Below are positions 57,569-64,000 of a DNA stretch of 64,000 nt, piece by piece. The notes below the pieces were generated by a model. The model was not told the origin of the DNA. It searched no databases and was given only the letters and a program-made list of their open reading frames with translations. Position 1 is the stretch's first letter; each line of letters starts with the position of its first letter. Origin of the DNA: an uncultured Chloroflexia bacterium (GTDB lineage Bacteria; Chloroflexota; Limnocylindria; Limnocylindrales; CSP1-4); the NCBI GenBank assembly GCA_963833535.1, contig CAWHYC010000007.1, positions 9,972 through 73,971 of the forward strand, in the 5' to 3' direction. The translations under genes were made by a program, and so were the position numbers.

Positions 57569-59153
57569 CCTCCGCGGTACCGTCCGGTCGATCGACCAGG
57601 TCGATGCCCATCGCTATCAGCTGATCGCGCAAGGCGTCGGCGCGGGCGAAGTCGCGAGCCGCGCGTGCAGCCGTGCGTTCCGCGACGAGCGCCATGGCGC
57701 CGTCGGGGAGCGATTCCGGATCCGACATCGCGTTCGCTCTCGCGGCGGATCCGGCCTCCCAGACCCGGTCAAGGTCGAGGCCCAACACGACATCCGCATC
57801 CAGCACGAGCCAGCGACGCTCGTCGGCGGGCAGGTGGGCGCGCAGCGTCTCGCGCACCACGGCCAGCGCCACGGGCAGGTCGAGGTCGTCGTCGAGCGCG
57901 GTCACGAAGCGATCGTGCAGCGCGCGTCCCGCCTCCGAGAGTGGTGCATCGGGCTCGTGCGCACGATCCCGGACGACGTAGGAGCCGTCGCCGCCATGAC
58001 CCTCGACGGCTGCGGCGATGCCCTCGGGTCGGTCGCCCGAAGCTCGCGCGTGCAGGACCGCAGCCGCCATCCACGGCCCCCAGGCCGGCGGCGGCCCGAG
58101 CCCTCGGAGTCGAGCCCGCAAGGAGTCGAGCGCCCGCGCGGCCGCGGTGATCGATGCGTCCGAGTAGTTGAGCTTGCGCCGGTAGTGGGAGGTCAGTGTC
58201 AGGTAGCGGAAGGCGAGAGGGTCGATGCCCTCGTCGACGAGTTCCGTGATGCGCTGGAAGTTGCCGGCCGATTTGGCCATCTTCCGACCGCTCATCAGCA
58301 GGTGCTCGCCGTGGACCCAGTGGCGCGCCGGGACCGTGCCGGTGACCGGGACCGATTGGGCGATCTCGTCCTCGTGGTGGGGGAAGACGTTGTCGACGCC
58401 GCCGGTATGGATCTCGAACTCGTCGCCGAGGTATCGGCGAGCCATCGCTGAGCACTCGAGGTGCCAGCCAGGGAAGCCCTCGCCCCACTTCGAGGCCCAC
58501 TTCAGCTCGCGGCCCTCGCCCGCCGCCTTCCAGAGCGCGAAGTCGGCCGCGTCGCGCTTGCCGGCCTCGACCTCGACGCGATGCCCCGCCCGCAGCTCGT
58601 CGAGGGTGTTGCCAGAGAGGCGCCCATAGTCGGCAAGGCGGGCGACCTCGTAGTAGAGCGTGCCGTCCGGCGCCAGGTAGGCATAGCCCAGGTCCTCCAG
58701 CCTCGCGGCGAGCGCCAGCATCTCCGGGATGTGCTCGGTCGCGCGCGGGAAGACGTGAGCGGGCAGGAGGTTGACCAGCGCCGCATCGGCGTGGAAGCCG
58801 GCCTCGTAGGCATCGGCGATCTCGGCCGTCGTCTTGTTCTCGAGCTTCGCCGCCACCAGCATTCGATCGGCGCCCCGATCGAACCGCTCGTCGCGCAGGT
58901 GGCCGACGTCGGTGATGTTCTGGACATGGAAGACGTCGAGGCCGTGGTAGAGCAGCGCCCGTCGGATGAGGTCGGCCAGCAGGAAGGTCCGCAGGTTGCC
59001 GACATGGGCCCAGCGATAGACCGTCGGGCCACACGAGTAGAGTCGGATGCGTGGGCGACCTGTCAGACCGTCCCCGTCCGCAGCTTCGAGAGGCTCGATC
59101 GGCTCGATCGGCTCGATCTGCCGGGTCAGCGTGTTGCGCAGGCGAAGGGTCAT
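57555..59153 (-). CDS. cysS: cysteine-tRNA ligase
   Basis: CGPTVYRWAHVGN (HIGH-type motif) and KMAKSAGNF (KMSKS-type motif). Start trimmed to MTLRLRNTLTRQ, which overlaps the upstream stop (ATGA). Confidence 0.9.
   Translation of the reverse strand: MTLRLRNTLTRQIEPIEPIEPLEAADGDGLTGRPRIRLYSCGPTVYRWAHVGNLRTFLLADLIRRALLYHGLDVFHVQNITDVGHLRDERFDRGADRMLVAAKLENKTTAEIADAYEAGFHADAALVNLLPAHVFPRATEHIPEMLALAARLEDLGYAYLAPDGTLYYEVARLADYGRLSGNTLDELRAGHRVEVEAGKRDAADFALWKAAGEGRELKWASKWGEGFPGWHLECSAMARRYLGDEFEIHTGGVDNVFPHHEDEIAQSVPVTGTVPARHWVHGEHLLMSGRKMAKSAGNFQRITELVDEGIDPLAFRYLTLTSHYRRKLNYSDASITAAARALDSLRARLRGLGPPPAWGPWMAAAVLHARASGDRPEGIAAAVEGHGGDGSYVVRDRAHEPDAPLSEAGRALHDRFVTALDDDLDLPVALAVVRETLRAHLPADERRWLVLDADVVLGLDLDRVWEAGSAARANAMSDPESLPDGAMALVAERTAARAARDFARADALRDQLIAMGIDLVDRPDGTAEVRRR
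59092..59118 (-). repeat. perfect 9-bp x3 in-frame tandem repeat inside cysS (encodes IEP-IEP-IEP)
   Basis: ggctcgatc x3, read directly. Confidence 0.85.
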
Positions 59154-59911
59154 CCGACCTCGGCGTCCGATCCTTCCGTAGCCGGTGCTGGGAAGCGGAC
59201 GACGATGCTCGCCTGGTTGCGGACCTGTGTCCGATAGCCGACCCAGCCCAGGAGGCTCAAGACGACGAAACTGCCGATCACGCCGGCCGCAAGCGAGGTC
59301 CAACCACTCGCACCGGCCGCCAGCCCGACGACCGCGACGAATGCTCCAGCGAGCAGGGCGACGACGAGCATTGCCAGGCCGATCGACGTGGACAGGCCGT
59401 ACGAGACGCCCCCAAGCGTAGAGGATGGCGTGATCGACGCCCCGTACGACGCGACCACGCCAGCGAGATCGTCATACGTGCCTGTCGAAAGATACGGCGC
59501 AGCCCCGGGCGCGAGGTCGACGTATCCACGGCGGACGCGGTTCATGGCCTGGACGGCTGAGAAGTCCTCCTGGTAAGCATTGCGAACCCGGATCACCGTG
59601 GCCACGCCGACCACGAGGTCGAAACCGAGCACGATGGCCACGATCACCACCAGATCGCTTCGTACCGGCAAAGCCCCGGACAGCAGCGCCAGTGCCACGA
59701 GCGACATCGAGACGAAGGTCAGAAGCATGCCGACGCGCGTGAAGGCCTCGTTGTAGACCAGGCTGCGCTGCGATAGCAGGCTCATGTGCTCGGTCGAGAG
59801 GACCTGCATGACCAGCGAGTCGCCCGACCCGCCTGCGACGCTGGCCGGTGTCAAGGAAGCCGTGGCCGGCCGGCGCGGCTCCACGCCTCGTGGTGACATG
59901 CTCTCGTCCAT
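59150..59911 (-). CDS. 4-TM membrane protein, unknown family (paralog A)
   Basis: MDESMSPRG...MQVLSTEHMSLLSQRSLVYNEAFTRVGM..., aligned along its length with paralog B. Start trimmed from 59932 by comparison with the paralog. Confidence 0.6.
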   Translation of the reverse strand: MDESMSPRGVEPRRPATASLTPASVAGGSGDSLVMQVLSTEHMSLLSQRSLVYNEAFTRVGMLLTFVSMSLVALALLSGALPVRSDLVVIVAIVLGFDLVVGVATVIRVRNAYQEDFSAVQAMNRVRRGYVDLAPGAAPYLSTGTYDDLAGVVASYGASITPSSTLGGVSYGLSTSIGLAMLVVALLAGAFVAVVGLAAGASGWTSLAAGVIGSFVVLSLLGWVGYRTQVRNQASIVVRFPAPATEGSDAEVG

Positions 59912-60043
59912 CGCCGACATCCTCCGCTCCACTCGCTCGGCGTCTCGGCGCCGCCATCTTGACGCTGGCGCTCCGGCGTCACGGCCAACGATACGCGGGA
60001 GGCTGGATCGAGCGTCAGGGCTAGGTCGATCTCACGTCGTCGA

Positions 60044-60799
60044 TCAGCCGCCGCCATCGCCCGCCAGCGGAGGAAAGTTGGCGACCAGGGCCTGTCGGTT
60101 CCGGATGGCGCGCCCGAGGGCCCAGCGGATGCTCACAACGAAACAGAGCACGGCGAGGATGGCGCCGATGACGAAGGCGACGCCGCCTGAAACGTCCAGG
60201 GCGAGCGCGGTGACCGCCCCGAAAGCGCCTGCAACGAGCGAGACGACGAGGCTGAGCATGCCGCCGGATGTCGACAGCCCGTAGATGACGTTCGCCCGGA
60301 TCGAGACGGGGTCCGCAGTGCTGTAGGCGCGCAGGACCGAGGCCATGTCGTCGTTGGTCGGGGATGTGAAGTACGGCTTCGTCTCGGGTGCCAGCTCGAC
60401 ATAGCCATGTCGGATCCTGGCCATGCCGTGTACGGCGTGCAGATCCTCAAGGTTCGCATTGCCCACGCGAACGAACGTCGTCACGCCGATGACGAAGTCG
60501 AAGCCAAGAACGATGGCAGCGATGACCAGGAAGTCGGAGCTGATCGGCATCGCCCCGGACAGGAGCGCCATGGCGACGAACGACATCGAGAGGAAGGTCA
60601 GGAACATCCCGACCCGAGTGAAGGCTTCGTTGTAGGCCAGGCTGCGATGGGTCAGCAGGCTGAAGTGTTCCGTGGACAGGACCTGCAACACCAGCGAGTC
60701 GCGAGACCCATCAGCAGGTAGGCTCACGACCCCAGGCGAACGGGCGGTGTCGAGTGGGCGCCGCGGCTCCGGTGCACGCGGCGACAAACCTTCGTCCAT
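60044..60799 (-). CDS. 4-TM membrane protein, unknown family (paralog B)
   Basis: MDEGLSPRA...LQVLSTEHFSLLTHRSLAYNEAFTRVGM... Confidence 0.6.
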   Translation of the reverse strand: MDEGLSPRAPEPRRPLDTARSPGVVSLPADGSRDSLVLQVLSTEHFSLLTHRSLAYNEAFTRVGMFLTFLSMSFVAMALLSGAMPISSDFLVIAAIVLGFDFVIGVTTFVRVGNANLEDLHAVHGMARIRHGYVELAPETKPYFTSPTNDDMASVLRAYSTADPVSIRANVIYGLSTSGGMLSLVVSLVAGAFGAVTALALDVSGGVAFVIGAILAVLCFVVSIRWALGRAIRNRQALVANFPPLAGDGGG

Positions 60800-60980
60800 C
60801 GTTCGTCCCTCTCTCGTCGGCCTGCCTCATGGCCACGCGAATGGCGCGGGCGCTGGGCCATCCTGCCACAGCATCTGGTGTCTCTTCCCGGGCCACCCTA
60901 CGATGTGCCGACGGTGATCATCGCGATCATGGTCACCAGGCCGTTCTGGTCAGACCGGTCACGACAGGGAGGATCGGCGG

Positions 60981-61904
60981 GTGGCGGACTTCGGCTTCCA
61001 GGGCTTTCCGGCTAGGCCGGATGGCGTCGATCGGATGAGCCACTACCGCACCGTGCTCGAGATGGCGCCACCCGAGTTCTCGACCGTCTGGATCTCCGAC
61101 CATCTCCAGTTCGGCCGCGACCCGACGATCGAAGGCTGGACGCTACTGACCTTCCTGGCGGCCGCCTTCCCACGCTTCCGGTATGGCCATCTCGTGCTCA
61201 GCCAGAGTTATCGCAATCCGGCATTGCTCGCGAAGATGGCGGCCGCGCTCCAGGAGCTGACGGGCGGGCGCTTCATCCTCGGCCTCGGGGCAGGCTGGCA
61301 CGAAGAGGAATACCGAGCCTATGGCTTCGACTATCCGAGCGGCGGCGTTCGGGTCGCACAGCTGGCCGAGGCGATCGAGGTCATCCGCGCCGTCTGGACC
61401 CAGTCGCCCGCGACCTACCACGGCACCCACTACCACATCGAGAACCTCATCTGCGAACCTCGCCCTGATCCGCCGATCCCGATCATGATCGGCACCCAGG
61501 GCCCCAAGGCGCTGGCGGTGACGGCGCGTCTGGCCGACATGTGGAACTGGGATGGACCATGGGAAGCCGTCTATCGGAAGCCGTTCGAGACGCTCCGCGA
61601 GCACTGCCAGACGATCGGTCGACCCTTCGACGAGATCAGCTTGACGGCGGGCATCGAGGTCTCGTTGCCGGACGATGCGACGACCTTCGAGCCGACCTAC
61701 CTCCATCCGTTCTACGGCGAGAAGGTCGTCTTCCACCCGTTCGGACCGAGACCAGCCGACGTGATCCGCGAGATCGAACGGCTGGTCGATGTCGGGGTCA
61801 GCCACTTCCAGGTCTCATTCGACGACATGCGTACCTACCGCCGGTTCATCGACGAGGTCCTTCCGATCGTGCGTCTCGAGCGTTCCACAAAGGCGCGGGC
61901 GTGA
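60981..61904 (+). CDS. LLM-class (luciferase-like) flavin/F420-dependent oxidoreductase
   Basis: VWISDHL, RFILGLGAGWHEEEYRAYG, PIMIGTQGPKAL. Confidence 0.85.
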   Translation: MADFGFQGFPARPDGVDRMSHYRTVLEMAPPEFSTVWISDHLQFGRDPTIEGWTLLTFLAAAFPRFRYGHLVLSQSYRNPALLAKMAAALQELTGGRFILGLGAGWHEEEYRAYGFDYPSGGVRVAQLAEAIEVIRAVWTQSPATYHGTHYHIENLICEPRPDPPIPIMIGTQGPKALAVTARLADMWNWDGPWEAVYRKPFETLREHCQTIGRPFDEISLTAGIEVSLPDDATTFEPTYLHPFYGEKVVFHPFGPRPADVIREIERLVDVGVSHFQVSFDDMRTYRRFIDEVLPIVRLERSTKARA

Positions 61905-62380
61905 CCCGACACGCGGGCCACATCGAGGGTCCCTTCCGCTACCAGCTGCCCATCGAGACGCGCTTCCGCGACACGGATGCCATGGGGCACATCAACAATG
62001 CCGTCTACCTGACCTACTTCGAGGCCGCGCGCGCCGGCTACTACCGGGCGCTCACCGGCCGCTCATTCGAGGGCGTTGGCGAGGACCCGGTCAGCATCAT
62101 CCTGGCGCGGGCGACCATCGACTTCCGGTCACAGGCATGGTTCGGCGAGCGACTGCTCGTCGCCTGTCGCGCGACCTGGGCCGGGCACTCGTCCTTCGCC
62201 TTCGGCTATCGCATCACCGCGGACGCCGACTCGACCCGCGGCGCCGGCCGGCTGATCGCCGAGGGCGAGACGATCCTGGTCATGTTCGACTACGCATCCC
62301 AGCGCCCGACGCGCATCCCCGCCGACCTGCTGGCGCAGATCGCCGACTACGAAGGAGCTCCGATCCCGCCCCGGCTGTGA
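61901..62380 (+). CDS. hotdog-fold acyl-CoA thioesterase (YbgC/4HBT type)
   Basis: The GTG overlaps the LLM stop (GTGA). RFRDTDAMGHINNAVYLTYFEAAR. Confidence 0.8.
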   Translation: MTRHAGHIEGPFRYQLPIETRFRDTDAMGHINNAVYLTYFEAARAGYYRALTGRSFEGVGEDPVSIILARATIDFRSQAWFGERLLVACRATWAGHSSFAFGYRITADADSTRGAGRLIAEGETILVMFDYASQRPTRIPADLLAQIADYEGAPIPPRL

Positions 62381-62426
62381 AGGTCGTCGCGCGATCTCCG
62401 GTCCCCACGCCGACCGATCCCGCCGA

Positions 62427-63680
62427 CTACGCCTCGAAGCGCTGGAAGACGGCGACCGCGTTCTGGCCGCCGAAGCCGAAGCCGTTGAACATCGCGGTGT
62501 CGACCTTCGCCTTGCGCGCGACCAGCGGCACGTAGTCGAGGTCGCACTCGGGCAGGTCGGGGTTCTCGAGGTTCGCGGTCGGCGGGATGACGCCCTCCCG
62601 GATGGCGCCCAGGGCGGTCAGCGCGGACGCCACCCCGGCCGCGCCGAGGAGGTGCCCGATCATCGACTTCGGCGAACTGATCGGGACCTTATGCGCGTGG
62701 GTACCGAAGGCGGCCTTGATCGCCCGCGTCTCGGTCAGGTCGTTGAGCGGCGTCGACGTGCCGTGGGCGACGACGTAGTCGATCTCGTCGGGCGCCAGGC
62801 CGGCATCGGCCATGGCCTTGGTCATGGCCATCGTGGCCCCGCGCCCGGTCGGCTCCGGGGCGGAGATGTGGAAGGCGTCGGCGGTCAGCGCCGCGCCGAC
62901 CAGCTCGGCCTCGATGCGTGCGCCGCGCGCCAGGGCGTGGGCCGCCGACTCGACGACCACCACCCCGGCGCCCTCGCCGAAGAGGAAGCCGTCGCGATCG
63001 CGGTCGAACGGGCGTGAGGCGTGGGTCGGGTCGTCGTTGCGCTTGGACAGCGCGCCCATGTTGCCCAGGGCGGCGAAGGCCATCGCCTCCAGCGGCGCCT
63101 CGGAGCCGCCGGCCAGCACGACGTCGACCTCGCCACGCTGGATCATGCGCAGCGCATCGAGGAAGGCGATGACGCTGCTGGCGCACGCGGCGACCTGGGT
63201 GATGACCGGACCCGTCAGGCGGTAAGCCATCGAAAGCTGGCAGGCGGCCATCGACCCCGAGAGGGCGGGGATGGCGAAGGGGCTGACGAAGTTCGGGCCT
63301 TTCGTCCGCACCACTTCGGCGCCGTCGATGACCTGGTCGAGGCCACCACCGCCAGTGTTGACGCAGACCGCGACGCGATCGCGTCGCTCCGGGCTCCAGT
63401 CGCTGAAGTCGAGGCCGGAGTCCTCGACGGCCTCCTTGCCAGCCGCCATGGCCAAATGGATGAAGCGGCTCATGCGGCGGGCCATCTTGCGATCCATGGC
63501 GATCGTCGGGTCGAAGTCCTTGACCTCGGCCGCGATGCGCACGTCGTAGCCGGTCGGGTCGAACGAGGTGATCGGTCCGGCGCCGCTGACACCTGCCACA
63601 AGGTTTCGCCAGAACGTCGGATGGTCGTTGCCGATCGGTGTCACCGCGCCGAGGCCGGTGACGACGGCGCGACGCGACAA
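62427..63680 (-). CDS. fabF: beta-ketoacyl-ACP synthase II
   Basis: RRAVVTGLGAVTPIG, ACASS (active-site Cys), HGTSTP, GHLLGAAG, NGFGFGGQN. Start placed at TTG 63680, giving (M)SRRAVVTG. The listed ATG 63899 would add 73 non-protein-like residues overlapping the upstream gene. Confidence 0.88.
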   Translation of the reverse strand: MSRRAVVTGLGAVTPIGNDHPTFWRNLVAGVSGAGPITSFDPTGYDVRIAAEVKDFDPTIAMDRKMARRMSRFIHLAMAAGKEAVEDSGLDFSDWSPERRDRVAVCVNTGGGGLDQVIDGAEVVRTKGPNFVSPFAIPALSGSMAACQLSMAYRLTGPVITQVAACASSVIAFLDALRMIQRGEVDVVLAGGSEAPLEAMAFAALGNMGALSKRNDDPTHASRPFDRDRDGFLFGEGAGVVVVESAAHALARGARIEAELVGAALTADAFHISAPEPTGRGATMAMTKAMADAGLAPDEIDYVVAHGTSTPLNDLTETRAIKAAFGTHAHKVPISSPKSMIGHLLGAAGVASALTALGAIREGVIPPTANLENPDLPECDLDYVPLVARKAKVDTAMFNGFGFGGQNAVAVFQRFEA

Positions 63681-63688
63681 GATCCTGG

Positions 63689-64000
63689 CTAGGCACGGGC
63701 GGTCGGCTCCTGAGGGGCGGGTCCGGTGGATTGTAGCGATGCACCGTCCGCCCGCCCGACCGCACGGACGCGCCGGTCGGCCGCACGAGCCTGCGGCATC
63801 GAACGCCAGGCAGGCGGCATGCGCCCGACCCAGAGGCGCAGGCGCGACGACTCGCGACGCGGGCCGCGAGAGCGCGGAACGGGCCCCATGGCACGCCATA
63901 GGCGACGCGGATCCGCTCCGGAAGGAGCGCCAGGCCGGGTGTCGCCAGCAGGTCGATGGCCACGCCCGGGAGGGCCGATGATAGGTGGCCGGATGATCGA
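63689..64000 (-). other. 3' fragment of a gene running off the window, probably with a frame change near 63850
   Basis: The minus frame entering at 64000 reads ...ALPGVAIDLLATPGLALLPERIRVAYGVPWGPFRALAARVASRR, then turns junk. The neighbouring frame (ORF 63689..63889) continues RLRLWVGRMPPAWRSMPQARAADRRVRA... to a TAG at 63689. Any family call would be from memory only, so none is made. Confidence 0.3.

Overview
GC-rich, gene-dense bacterial chromosomal window (third codon positions are almost all G/C), with gene content of an actinobacterial or Chloroflexi type. I count about 70 protein-coding genes and recognised no rRNA, tRNA, CRISPR array, transposase or phage genes. All family calls come from reading motifs in the supplied translations; no database search was possible. 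Ordinary content: MarR regulator, GH13-like hydrolase, AI-2E transporter, rpiB, LOG-family gene, Pot-type ABC importer, copper-related genes (YHS protein, cupredoxin lipoprotein, P-type Cu ATPase), ferredoxin, proC and proline dehydrogenase, homogentisate-pathway genes (hppD, hmgA, FAH), VapBC, korAB flanked by CBS proteins, GAF-GGDEF and cupin-cyclase signalling proteins, ogt, cysS, LLM oxidoreductase, thioesterase, fabF. Three things stand out. (1) There are seven ECF sigma factor plus single-pass membrane partner operons (19.7-24.4, 28.7-30.5, 31.8-33.8 and 38.5-42.0 kb). Six form one paralogous family with a shared upstream motif, start/stop-overlapped gene pairs, a short conserved Cys/His-free cytoplasmic partner domain that I cannot assign to a known anti-sigma class, and interchangeable extracytoplasmic domains. 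(2) At least ten genes are interrupted by +/-1 frame changes while the protein sequence on both sides stays well conserved. These are extremely concentrated in the Cu ATPase, so they are either assembly indels or recent pseudogenisation. (3) Some regulatory-looking DNA is not explained by the genes: three AGTCC-N5-GGACT palindromes at 50.3-50.5 kb, and a recurrent (T/G)ATACTCCC element that forms ATACT-N7-AGTAT palindromes at the two copper loci.
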